This document shows positions 1-8,838 of a stretch of DNA of 64,000 nucleotides, piece by piece. Source of the DNA: an uncultured Chloroflexia bacterium. GTDB lineage: Bacteria; Chloroflexota; Limnocylindria; Limnocylindrales; CSP1-4. The DNA is taken from NCBI GenBank assembly GCA_963707215.1, contig CAVPPB010000001.1:576001-640000 (forward strand). The letters are read 5' to 3'. Each line of letters begins with the position of its first letter. The first letter of the stretch is position 1. Under the pieces are notes generated by a model, which searched no databases, was not told the origin of the DNA, and worked only from the letters and a program-made list of their open reading frames with translations. Both the position numbers and the translations under genes were made by a program.

Positions 1-1637
1 TAGTAGAGGCGGATGGACCCGAAGCGGAGCCGCTGGGCAAGGACAGCGTCGAGCAGCGGCCGCAGCGGGGCGAGCCCGATGCCGCCGGTGACCACGATGA
101 CGTCGCGACCGACCGCCCGCTCGACCGGCCAATCGGTCCCGAGGGGTCCGCGGAGCCCCAGCTCGTCGCCCCGCGCCAGGCCGATCAGCTGGGTCGTTGC
201 CGGCCCGGCCGCCCGGATCGTCAGCTCGATACCGTCCGGACGGTAGCGACTGATCGAGATCGGCAGCGGCGGGAAGCCCGGCAGGTCGACCATCACGAAC
301 TGCCCCGGGGCACCGGCCGGGAAGGCTGGGTCCAGTCGGTCGAGGACCAGGGTCGAGACATCGGCCGTCTCCGGGCGGATCGCCCGGACCCGGGCCACCG
401 TGTAGGCGGCCGGGGTCGTCGCAGCGGGCTCAAGGTCCGCGGCCCGGACCTCCAGTGGCGGGGCCACGGTGGCCAGTTCCTCGCGGACGTCGATGCCGAC
501 CGGGCACCAGGTGATGCAGCGTCCGCAGCCGACGCAGCCGGACGTCCCGAACTGGTCGATCCATGTCGCGAACTTGTGGGTCAGCCACTGGCGATAGCGG
601 TCCCTGGCGCGGCTGCGGAAGTTGCCCCCGGCGACCTTGGCGAAGCCGATCGTGAAGCAGCTGTCCCAGGTCCGTTCGCTGGTGCTGACCTTCCCGTCGA
701 GGTCGGAGCGCTGGACCACGCTGCTGCAGAAGCATGTGGGGCAGACCAGGGTGCAGTTGCCGCAGGTGAGGCAGCGGGTGGCGGTCCCGAGCCAGCGGGG
801 GCTGTCCCACTGGGCCAGCAGGCGGTCGTGGAGTCCCTCCGTCTCGACCGGGTCACCGATGGCGACCCGGACGGCCTCGACCTGGCGACCGGCCTCGAGG
901 ATCCGTTCCGGCGACGCGGCCGCGAGGGGGAGATGGGCCAGGACCTCCGCTCCCGCCGCGGTACCGGCCCTGACCACGAAGCCGTCGTCGAGCTCCGAGA
1001 GGACGAGGTCGGCCCCGTCGCGTACCTCGGGACCCGTGCCCATCGAGGTGCAGAAGCAGGTCCCGCCGGCGACCGAGCACTCGACCGCCACGATGAACTG
1101 CGCGGCCCGCCGCGCCCGGAAGTCATCGTCCGTGAACGGGCCACCGAGGAAGACCCGGTCCTGGATCGCCAGGCCGGCCAGCTCGCAGGCCCGCAGGCCG
1201 ATGGCTGCCACCCTGGGGGCGTCGGGCACCGCGGGCACGAAGCTGACCGAACCCTCATCCCGTGTCCCGACGGACAGCGGTACGTGCGGTGGGAAGGTCG
1301 TCCGCTTCACCCCGCCCGGGCCGACCGTGAACCGGAACTGCCGCGGATCGTCGTCGTCGCGCCCGAGACGGTATCTCCCGGGGGCCTGCTCGTCGCGCCA
1401 GCCACGCGGCAACTCGTCGGTGGAGGCGATCTCGTCGAACACGATGGCCCCATCCCTGACCGTCGGACCCAGGACGACCCGGCCGTCCGCCCGGAGGTGG
1501 TCGATCAGGACCTGGAGGTTGGCGCGGGCCAGGAACCAGGCCCCCTCGGTCGGGCCGGGATCGCGGCCTGGCGTACCGCCGGTGCTCCAAGCCTGCGACG
1601 GCGGGACCCGCGGGGTGGACATGGGGTGACCAGCCAT
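1..1637 (-). CDS. Fused group 3b [NiFe]-hydrogenase/sulfhydrogenase beta (Fe-S) + gamma (FAD/NAD-binding) subunit; runs off the left edge
   Basis: Manual translation; absent from the ORF track because the stop lies outside the window. N-terminus [30 protein letters not shown]; Fe-S motifs [16 protein letters not shown] and [17 protein letters not shown]. It continues in frame into [16 protein letters not shown] and [10 protein letters not shown]. Start at ATG 1637 or 1622. Confidence 0.88.
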   Translation of the reverse strand, partial: MAGHPMSTPRVPPSQAWSTGGTPGRDPGPTEGAWFLARANLQVLIDHLRADGRVVLGPTVRDGAIVFDEIASTDELPRGWRDEQAPGRYRLGRDDDDPRQFRFTVGPGGVKRTTFPPHVPLSVGTRDEGSVSFVPAVPDAPRVAAIGLRACELAGLAIQDRVFLGGPFTDDDFRARRAAQFIVAVECSVAGGTCFCTSMGTGPEVRDGADLVLSELDDGFVVRAGTAAGAEVLAHLPLAAASPERILEAGRQVEAVRVAIGDPVETEGLHDRLLAQWDSPRWLGTATRCLTCGNCTLVCPTCFCSSVVQRSDLDGKVSTSERTWDSCFTIGFAKVAGGNFRSRARDRYRQWLTHKFATWIDQFGTSGCVGCGRCITWCPVGIDVREELATVAPPLEVRAADLEPAATTPAAYTVARVRAIRPETADVSTLVLDRLDPAFPAGAPGQFVMVDLPGFPPLPISISRYRPDGIELTIRAAGPATTQLIGLARGDELGLRGPLGTDWPVERAVGRDVIVVTGGIGLAPLRPLLDAVLAQRLRFGSIRLY

Positions 1638-1777
1638 GTCCGCATCGTCGGGGTCCCGACGATCCGAGGGCAGGGCCGCGGGTCGCCGGGCCTGCGTGCC
1701 GAGCGGACCGAGTGGGTGCAGGCAGGTCCCGACCGCCACCGGCCGTTCGGCCCCCGGCGGGGACCGAGTGGGCGACC

Positions 1778-2266
1778 CTACCAGGCAGCCTCGCCCTGGG
1801 CGGCGAAGAGGTCGAGGAGTTGCTCCCGCGTCGCGATGAGCCGCCGGGTGACGGCCTGGAGGAGGCGTGGATAGACGGTCGTGGCCAGGCGGCAGTCCGA
1901 GCGGAGCAGCCCCCGGAGAGCCGCGCCGTCGAAGGCGACCAGCTCGACCGGCTCGAGCGCCGTCGCGGTCGAGGTCGCCCGATGCGGCGTCGTCAGCGCA
2001 GACCAGCCGATGATGTCGCCTGGCTCGACGGTCAGGATCGTGACCGCGCCCCGCTCTGGGACCAGGACGCTCAGGGCCACCCGACCTTGGCGCACGATGC
2101 CGAAGACCGTGCTCTCCTCGCCCTCGCGGAGCAGCTCGTCTCCGGGCTCGTACCGATGGATGCGAGCGAGCTCCGCCAGGATGGAGCCGGCCTCTGCCGG
2201 CAGGTTGGCGCCGAACCAGGCCAGGGCGGGATCGTTGGCCGCGACCTGCCCATCACCGATGGCCAT
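1778..2266 (-). CDS. Cyclic-nucleotide-binding (Crp-like sensor) domain protein
   Basis: LLREGEES..GRVAL..PGDIIGWSAL..RATSTATALE is a cNMP-binding fold. Such genes commonly accompany group 3b hydrogenase operons. Confidence 0.85.
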   Translation of the reverse strand: MAIGDGQVAANDPALAWFGANLPAEAGSILAELARIHRYEPGDELLREGEESTVFGIVRQGRVALSVLVPERGAVTILTVEPGDIIGWSALTTPHRATSTATALEPVELVAFDGAALRGLLRSDCRLATTVYPRLLQAVTRRLIATREQLLDLFAAQGEAAW

Positions 2267-2276
2267 CCGGGAGGCC

Positions 2277-2645
2277 TCAGGCCTCGAGCCTGCGGAGCTG
2301 CTCGACGAGTGCCGCCTCCGTCACCTCGCCGGCCGGCTCGACATCGACGAGCCGGTCGGGGTGGTGGAAGATCGCGACGTATTCGCGCTCCAGCTGGGTC
2401 CGCAGCCCGCTTGAGCCCATGATGAGTACCCGAGCCGCATCACCGACCTGGTGGGCGATACGGCCGAGGTAGGTCGCCTCGTCTTCGCTGCAGGTCACCC
2501 GGACGACGTCGACCCAGCCGCTCGCGGTCCTCCGAGCGACGATCGTCGTCTCCGGTCCGACCCAGGCGAGGGCCGCCACCCGTCGAAGCGGGTCGGTGGC
2601 AGTAGCAGGTGTCGTTGTCTCGGGAGCCCTATGTCGGCCCTGCAT
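2277..2645 (-). CDS. Small eRF1-domain-like / host-attachment-like hypothetical protein
   Basis: YLGRIAHQVGDAARVLIMGSSGLRTQLE...EVTEAALVEQLR resembles small baeRF-type proteins. GGAGG RBS upstream of the ATG. Confidence 0.5.
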   Translation of the reverse strand: MQGRHRAPETTTPATATDPLRRVAALAWVGPETTIVARRTASGWVDVVRVTCSEDEATYLGRIAHQVGDAARVLIMGSSGLRTQLEREYVAIFHHPDRLVDVEPAGEVTEAALVEQLRRLEA

Positions 2646-2657
2646 CGATGTACCTCC

Positions 2658-2706
2658 GGGTGAACTGTCCCTCCGGTCGGCGGGGAGAGCGTGTGCCGTC
2701 GGTCCC
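2658..2706. promoter_or_regulatory. Two DosR-like boxes
   Basis: GGGTG-AACT-GTCCC (2658-2671) and GTGCC-GTCG-GTCCC (2693-2706), directly upstream of the 2645 start. Confidence 0.55.
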
Positions 2707-2791
2707 GAAGCGTGGGTCGCACCGTCACGGGCGGCCGGGACCAGGAGAGCGGGCGTGCCGGGCCGCGAACCGGACCGGCTGATCGCCGGGC

Positions 2792-4132
2792 TCAGCTCGG
2801 CGCCGAGACGGAGCCGGCCGCCGCGATGATCGGCGCCAGGAGCGAGCCGAGCGAGGGCCCGGCCACCTCCTCGAGCTCGTAGCGGACGCGGACCACCGGC
2901 TTCTCGGGGTGCAGCACCCGGGTGAGATCGATCGGCGTGGCTGCCAGGACCAGGTCGGCGGGGACCGCGTTGAGGGTCGTCTCGAGCTCCTTCACCTGGG
3001 CATCGCCGTAGCCCATGGCGGGCAGGAGCGGGCCCAGAGCCGGGTACCTGGCAAGGGTCGCTGCGAGGGCGCCGGTCGCGAACGGCCGCGGATCGACGAC
3101 CTCGGCGGCCCCGAAGCGCTCGGCGGCCACGATCCCGGCCCCGAAGGTCATCCCGCCATGGGTCAGGGTCGGTCCGTCCTCGACGACCACGACGCGCTTC
3201 CCCGCGATGTCGCCACCCTCGAGGGCCAGCGCTGATCGAGCCTCGATCACCGTGGCATCGGGAGCCAGCTCGGCGACGCTGGCCCGGACGGTGGCCAGGC
3301 CCTCCGGGCTCGCCGAGTCGACCTTGTTGATGACGACGACGTCGGCCAGGCGCAGGTTGGTCTCGCCGGGGTGGTACCGGCGCTCGTCGCCCGGGCGCAA
3401 CGGGTCGACGACGACGACGGCCAAGTCGGGCCGATAGAAGGGCAGGTCGTTGTTGCCGCCGTCCCAGAGGACCACGTCGGCCTCGGACTCGGCGGCGGCA
3501 AGGATGGCCGCGTAGTCGACGCCGGCGAAGACGATCCGGCCGGCATCCAGGTGCGGCTCGTACTCCTCGCGCTCCTCGATCGTCGTCCGGTTCGCGTCGA
3601 GGTCACCGTACGAGGCGAACCGCTGGACCCGCTGGGCGGCAAGGTCGCCGTAGGGCATCGGGTGGCGGACCACAGCGGTGCGGAGCCCGGCAGCCTCGAG
3701 GATGGAGGCGACCCGACGCGTCGTCTGGCTCTTGCCCGAGCCCGTTCGAACGGCACATACCGAGACGACCGGTCGACTGCTCTGGAGCATCGTCCGGGTG
3801 GGTGCGTGGAGAACGAACTCGGCCCCCCCGGCCAGCGCCCGGCTGGCGGCGTGCATCACCGTCTCGTGGCTGACGTCGCTATAGCAGAAGGCGACCCGGT
3901 CCACCTGGCGCTCGCGGATGATGGCCTCCAGCTCGGCCTCGGGCTCGATCGCGATCCCCTCGGGGTAGAGCGGGCCGGCCAGCACCGCCGGATAGCGGCG
4001 ATCGTCGATGCCGGGGATCTGGGTGGCGGTGAAGGCGACGACCTCGACCGTCGGATCCTCGCGGTACAGGACGTTGAAGTCGTGGAAGTCACGCCCGGCC
4101 GCCCCCATGATCGCGACGCGGGTCCGGGTCAT
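2792..4132 (-). CDS. Cyclic 2,3-diphosphoglycerate synthetase-like P-loop NTPase
   Basis: MGAAGRDFHDFN, P-loop AVRTGSGKSQT, RHPMPYG, WDGGNND, VINKVD, EDGPTLTHGGM. Start at ATG 4132 with GGAGG, overlapping the upstream stop (ATGA). Confidence 0.85.
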   Translation of the reverse strand: MTRTRVAIMGAAGRDFHDFNVLYREDPTVEVVAFTATQIPGIDDRRYPAVLAGPLYPEGIAIEPEAELEAIIRERQVDRVAFCYSDVSHETVMHAASRALAGGAEFVLHAPTRTMLQSSRPVVSVCAVRTGSGKSQTTRRVASILEAAGLRTAVVRHPMPYGDLAAQRVQRFASYGDLDANRTTIEEREEYEPHLDAGRIVFAGVDYAAILAAAESEADVVLWDGGNNDLPFYRPDLAVVVVDPLRPGDERRYHPGETNLRLADVVVINKVDSASPEGLATVRASVAELAPDATVIEARSALALEGGDIAGKRVVVVEDGPTLTHGGMTFGAGIVAAERFGAAEVVDPRPFATGALAATLARYPALGPLLPAMGYGDAQVKELETTLNAVPADLVLAATPIDLTRVLHPEKPVVRVRYELEEVAGPSLGSLLAPIIAAAGSVSAPS

Positions 4133-4590
4133 CGAGCACCTCCATGGGCCATCGTCGGCCCTACGGGATGGGAACGCGCCTCGACCCTGGATCCGGCCGT
4201 GCCGGCCGCGCACAGGTCGCGAAGGCGACGCACGAGGGCGTCGCCCTCGATCTGCTTGAGCAGGACGGCCCCGACGCCGGCCTCGCCGGCCGAGCGGCGC
4301 GCATCGGCACTCCAGTAGGCCGCCAGCAGGGCGATCCGGCACGGCTCGATGCCATCGAGCGCGAGCAGGACCGCCTGCCAGCCTCCGTGCACGGCCGCAT
4401 CGACGACGACGACGTCCGGGTGCGTCTCGTCGGCGGCCCGGGCCGCGGTCCGGGCGGAGGACGCCACGCTGACGACGAACCCGTGGCGGGCGAGATGCGA
4501 CCGCAGCGCCTCCCCTGAGATGGCGTCGTCGCAGACGAGCAGGAGGGGACGGCGGGGTGCACCGGGAGGATGGGGCGCCGGCCGTTCCAT
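4129..4590 (-). CDS. Stand-alone response-regulator receiver protein
   Basis: LLLVCDD...PDVVVVD...VLLKQ receiver pattern with no output domain. Confidence 0.7.
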   Translation of the reverse strand: MERPAPHPPGAPRRPLLLVCDDAISGEALRSHLARHGFVVSVASSARTAARAADETHPDVVVVDAAVHGGWQAVLLALDGIEPCRIALLAAYWSADARRSAGEAGVGAVLLKQIEGDALVRRLRDLCAAGTAGSRVEARSHPVGPTMAHGGAR

Positions 4591-4626
4591 GGCCCCGAGG
4601 GTGCGCGTGGCCCCGGGTCGGTCATA

Positions 4627-4744
4627 GGGACGACGGACCCGTTCGTCCGGTCCGTCCGGCCCGCCGGACCCGGGCTCGGCTGGTGACCTTCAGCGGCGGC
4701 GGCCCCCCTGCCGGGCTGGCCCTCGGATTCGTGACCTTCGGCCC
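4627..4744. promoter_or_regulatory. Cluster of DosR-like boxes
   Basis: GGGAC-GACG-GACCC (4627-4640), GTGAC-CTTC-AGCGG (4683-4696) and GTGAC-CTTC-GGCCC (4731-4744). Confidence 0.6.
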
Positions 4745-4990
4745 ATCCCCCACCCTGTCCGGGCTGGGCACGATGCGGTCCGAGGTGGGTGCCGGAGGGG
4801 ACGCCCGGTGCCCACCCCGAACCCTCGTCGCGCGGCGACGGGGGCTTCTTCGTCTCCGGGCTCGATCGCCAGCACCGCTGCACGATCGGCAGCCCGGGCG
4901 GTGGTCCCGGCTATCGCCCCGGGGGTCAAGGCCGACGCGGTCGCTGCGACGTCGGGCAGGGCGGCCGAGGCTCGGACGGACCGGCGAACC

Positions 4991-6262
4991 TCACAACCAG
5001 TGGGTGGTCCTGGCCTGGGCGAGGAGATCCTCGCGGAAGTCCGGATGCGCGATCCCGATCAGCTCGAGCGCCCGCTCCCGGACCGACTTGCCCCACAGCT
5101 GGGCGACCCCCCACTCGGTCACGATCGTGCGCGCATGGCCCCGGGTCGTCACGACGCCGGCGCCCTCCTTGAGGAACGGGGCGATCCTCGACACCCGACC
5201 GCCGGCTGCCGTCGACGGCAGGACGATGATGGCCTGGCCTTCGGCCGCCAGGGTCGCCCCGCGGACGAAGTCCATCTGGCCGCCGATCCCGCTGTACATC
5301 TGCCAGCCGATGGAGTCGGCCACGACCTGGCCGGTCAGGTCGACCTCGATGGCCGAGTTGATCGAGACCATCCGCGAGAACGAGCGGATGACATGGGTGT
5401 CGTTGGTGAAGTCGACGGCCCGCATCTCGACCATCGGGTTGTCGTGGACGAAGTCGTAGAGGCGCTGCGTGCCCATCAGGAACGCGGCGACGATCTTGCC
5501 CCGGTTGCGCTCCTTGCGGGCCCCCGTGACCACGCCCTTCTCGACGAGGTCGACGACCACGTCGGTGAACATCTCGGTGTGGATCCCGAGGTCCCGCTTG
5601 TGGGCCAGGGCCAGGGCGACCGCGGCCGGGATGGCGCCGATGCCCATCTGGACCGTCGCTCCGTCCGGGATGAGATCGGCCACGAACTCGCCGATCCGGC
5701 GCTCCAGGTCCCCGATCTCCGGCACCGGCCGCTCGTAGGGCGGCTCGTGGACCTCCACGCCGAGGTCGATCTGGTTCACGTGGATGAACGACTCGCCGAG
5801 GGTGCGGGGCATGGCCGAGTTGAACTGGACGATGACCGTCCGGGCGGCGTCGATGGCGGCCTGCATCGCCTCCACTGAGACCCCCAGCGAGCAGAACCCG
5901 TGGGCATCCGGGGGGGTCGCGTTGACCAGCACCGCGTCGAGGGGGATGATCCGGCGCTTGAAGAGGACCGGCACGTCGGACAGGAAGGTCGGGATGAAGT
6001 CGGCCCGACCCTCGTTGACGGCCCCGCGGGCATTCGGGCCGATGAAGAGGGCCCGATGGCGGAAGTGCGGAGCCATCTCCGGCGCCAGGTGCGGACCCGG
6101 ACCCTCGGTGTGCAGATGGATCATCTGGACGTCGCGGAGCTCGGGAGCCCGGGCCACCAGGGCGTCGAGGAGGACGCTGGGGGTGGCGGCGGCGCACTGG
6201 ACGTAGACGGTCTGGTGTGAGCGGATCCCGGCGACGGCCTCGCCGGGGGTGACGATCCTCAT
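4991..6262 (-). CDS. Acetyl-CoA hydrolase / 4-hydroxybutyrate CoA-transferase family
   Basis: DGATVQMGIGAIP, LGIHTEMF, SINSAIEVDLTGQV, SGIGGQMDFVRGA, IVTEWGVA. Confidence 0.92.
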   Translation of the reverse strand: MRIVTPGEAVAGIRSHQTVYVQCAAATPSVLLDALVARAPELRDVQMIHLHTEGPGPHLAPEMAPHFRHRALFIGPNARGAVNEGRADFIPTFLSDVPVLFKRRIIPLDAVLVNATPPDAHGFCSLGVSVEAMQAAIDAARTVIVQFNSAMPRTLGESFIHVNQIDLGVEVHEPPYERPVPEIGDLERRIGEFVADLIPDGATVQMGIGAIPAAVALALAHKRDLGIHTEMFTDVVVDLVEKGVVTGARKERNRGKIVAAFLMGTQRLYDFVHDNPMVEMRAVDFTNDTHVIRSFSRMVSINSAIEVDLTGQVVADSIGWQMYSGIGGQMDFVRGATLAAEGQAIIVLPSTAAGGRVSRIAPFLKEGAGVVTTRGHARTIVTEWGVAQLWGKSVRERALELIGIAHPDFREDLLAQARTTHWL

Positions 6263-6361
6263 GTCGGCCAGTCTACGGGCGGTGACCGAGAGGCCGTGCG
6301 GGCCGAACGGACCGGGGCCGGGGCCGCGTGTCCTGCCGATGGACCGGCCGGTGGCGGGCGC

Positions 6362-7057
6362 CTAGGCCCCGCCGCCGCCGATGCGGTGCTTGGCGACGAA
6401 CGCGGCCGCCTGGGCCCGACGTTCCAGGTTGAGCTTCGAGAGGATCGAGCTCACGTAGTTCTTGACGGTCTTGTCCGACAGGAAGACCTCGGCGGCGATC
6501 TCCTTGTTCGTCTTGCCCTCGGCCACCAGCAGGAGGATCTTCTGCTCCTGGGCGGTGAGCTGAGCGAGCTCATCGGTATAGGCGCCGGTGGCGATCCGGC
6601 GGACCCGGTCGAGGACCTTCTCCGTGACCGCCGGGTCGAGAAGCAATTCGCCACGGCCGACGCTCTCGAGGGCGGCGACGAGGTCGCGGGCCCGGATCTG
6701 CTTGAGGAGGTACCCGGACGCGCCCGCGACGATCGCCGACAGCACGGCCTCCTCGTCCGGGTAGCTCGTCAGCATGACCACCCGGGTGGCCGGCAGCTCC
6801 GCCCGGATCTCCCGGCAGGCCTCGATCCCGGAACCGTCGGGCAGTCGGACGTCCATGATCACGATGTCGGGCTGGAAGCGGCGGGTCTGCTCCAGGGATT
6901 CGGCGACCGACCCCGCCTCCGCCACGACCTGGAATCCCGCACGGCGGTCAAGGAGGGCCACGAGGCCTTGGCGGACGACCTCATGGTCGTCGACCACGAG
7001 GAGCCGCAGCGGCCGGGCCTGGGACGTCTCGGTCACGGGCGTCGATCCCTCCGTCAA
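6362..7057 (-). CDS. NarL-family response regulator, DosR/DevR-like
   Basis: VVDDHEVVRQG, MDVRLPDGSG, LTSY, GASGYLLK; HTH TNKEIA..FLSDKTVKNYVSSIL. Start may be GTG 7036. Confidence 0.93.
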   Translation of the reverse strand: MTEGSTPVTETSQARPLRLLVVDDHEVVRQGLVALLDRRAGFQVVAEAGSVAESLEQTRRFQPDIVIMDVRLPDGSGIEACREIRAELPATRVVMLTSYPDEEAVLSAIVAGASGYLLKQIRARDLVAALESVGRGELLLDPAVTEKVLDRVRRIATGAYTDELAQLTAQEQKILLLVAEGKTNKEIAAEVFLSDKTVKNYVSSILSKLNLERRAQAAAFVAKHRIGGGGA

Positions 7058-7068
7058 GCCGGTGTCGA

Positions 7069-8724
7069 TCAGCTCGCGATCGAGTCCGGGTCACGTGATG
7101 GCAGTGTCACGATGATACGCGTACCGGCCCCGGGACCGCTCTCGATCGCGACGGCACCCCCGAGCGCGGTCGTCCGACCGCGGATATTGGCGAGGCCCTG
7201 ATGCGAGGGCCCCCGGACGAACTCCGGGTCGAAGCCCCGCCCGTTGTCGGCGATCTCCATCCGAAGCGAGCCATCGGATTCGGCCTCGACGCGCATCGCA
7301 GCCCGGCTGGCGTCGGCATGCCGGGCGATGTTCGAGAGGGCCTCCCGGGCGATCAGGAGCAACTGGAGCCGCGCCTCGGCGGGGAGCTCGCGATCGACGT
7401 CGCTCCCCACGACGAGGTCGATGTCGATCAACGTGTTGAGGCGGAACTCCTCGGCCAGGCCGGCCAGGCCGGTCGGCAGGTCGGCATCCACGAGGAGCTC
7501 CGGCCGAAGGCCGAAGATGAAGTTGCGGATGTCCCGGATCGCGAGGTTCAGTGATTCGATGGCCCGGTCGACGCGCTCGGCCGCCTCGGGCGGGCTCTCG
7601 TCCATCAGGTCGGGCACGTCCTCCAGCGAAAGGCCCACGGCATAGAGCCGCTGGATGATCCCGTCGTGGAGGTCGCGGCCGATCCGCTCCCGTTCCTCGA
7701 CGATGGCCAGGCGCTGGACCCGCTCGTGAAGGCGAGCGTTCTCGATGGCGATGCCGGCGTGGCGGGCGAACAGCTCGACGAACTCCTGGTCGGCTTCGGT
7801 GAACTCGTCCGCCCCGTGCTTGTCGGTCAGGTAGAGGTTGCCGACCGCGACCCCCTTGACTTCGATCGGGACCCCCAGGAACGAGCGCATGACGGGGTGG
7901 TCGGGCGGGAAGCCGGCACGCCGCGGATCGGCGGTGACGTCTGGGATGCGCACGGAGCCGCTGTGGAGGAGGTCCCCGAGGATGCCTCGGCCACGCGGCG
8001 GGGTGCCCACCCGGTCGCGCTCCTCCTGGGTCATGCCCGAGGTGATGAAGCGCTCCATCGCGCCGCGCTCGTCGAAGAGCCCGAGAGCCGCGTAGGACGC
8101 GTCGGAGAGGTCGCGGACGGTGTCGACGATGAGCTGGAGGACCCGGTCAAGGGACAACACGCCGGCGATCGCCCGGGTGGCCGTGTCGAGGGCAGCCAGT
8201 CGCTCGACCGTCCGGTGCATCCGGGCCCGGGTCCAGCCGGCCGCAAGGGCCAGCTCCACGGCCCGGACCGCGTAGGCGGCCGTCGGGTCGGGCCGGTCGA
8301 GCCAGAGGTCGCCGAGCAGGACGGCCGGGTCGCTGGCCGACAGCTCGTAGCGAACGAGATCCCCGGTGGCCGTCCCGGTCGGGACCTCGTCGGCCAGCGA
8401 TCCATCGCCGATGGCGATGGCCGGGAGCGGCTCCGCGTGCACGATGAGCCTGGCTCCCCGGGCGCGACAGGCCCGGACGAGGGCGGTCAGGGCCCGCTCG
8501 AGCCGGGCCTGGCGCTCGACGTCCGGCTCCTGCAGCCAGGCGTCCAACGCATCGAGGGCGACGACGACGGGGAATGCGTCGGCGCCGGGCGACGTTTCGG
8601 CCAGGGGGACGGCGACGGCCACCGGCACGACGCCCTCGGCCGGGTCGCCGGCCACGCCGAGCGCGCGGCCGGTCTCCGCGGGACGGTCCGCCGGGTCGGA
8701 CGCGGGGGGCGCACTCGGGTCCAT
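7069..8724 (-). CDS. GAF sensor histidine kinase (HisKA_3), DosS/DevS-like
   Basis: GAF motif AGFPPDHPVMRSFLGVPI; H-box ERERIGRDLHDGIIQ; EALSNIARHA; DNGRGF. ATG 8724 follows TACCCT by 6 nt. Confidence 0.92.
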   Translation of the reverse strand: MDPSAPPASDPADRPAETGRALGVAGDPAEGVVPVAVAVPLAETSPGADAFPVVVALDALDAWLQEPDVERQARLERALTALVRACRARGARLIVHAEPLPAIAIGDGSLADEVPTGTATGDLVRYELSASDPAVLLGDLWLDRPDPTAAYAVRAVELALAAGWTRARMHRTVERLAALDTATRAIAGVLSLDRVLQLIVDTVRDLSDASYAALGLFDERGAMERFITSGMTQEERDRVGTPPRGRGILGDLLHSGSVRIPDVTADPRRAGFPPDHPVMRSFLGVPIEVKGVAVGNLYLTDKHGADEFTEADQEFVELFARHAGIAIENARLHERVQRLAIVEERERIGRDLHDGIIQRLYAVGLSLEDVPDLMDESPPEAAERVDRAIESLNLAIRDIRNFIFGLRPELLVDADLPTGLAGLAEEFRLNTLIDIDLVVGSDVDRELPAEARLQLLLIAREALSNIARHADASRAAMRVEAESDGSLRMEIADNGRGFDPEFVRGPSHQGLANIRGRTTALGGAVAIESGPGAGTRIIVTLPSRDPDSIAS

Positions 8725-8787
8725 GCCGGGAGGGTAGCATCGGGACGGCCCTCGCCGACCACCGGGGGCCACCCGGACCGCGAGCGC

Positions 8788-8801
8788 GGGACATGGGTCA
8801 C
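8788..8801. promoter_or_regulatory. DosR-like box in the divergent kinase/oxidase promoter
   Basis: GGGAC-ATGG-GTCAC. Confidence 0.6.
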
Positions 8802-8838
8802 TATCGGGTCAGCAAGGAGGTACGGGAGCATCCCGCGC

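Noticed and set aside
4690-4929. 79-aa minus-strand ORF
   Set aside because: No motifs; it overlaps a terminator-like hairpin (~4820-4850) and the DosR-like boxes.
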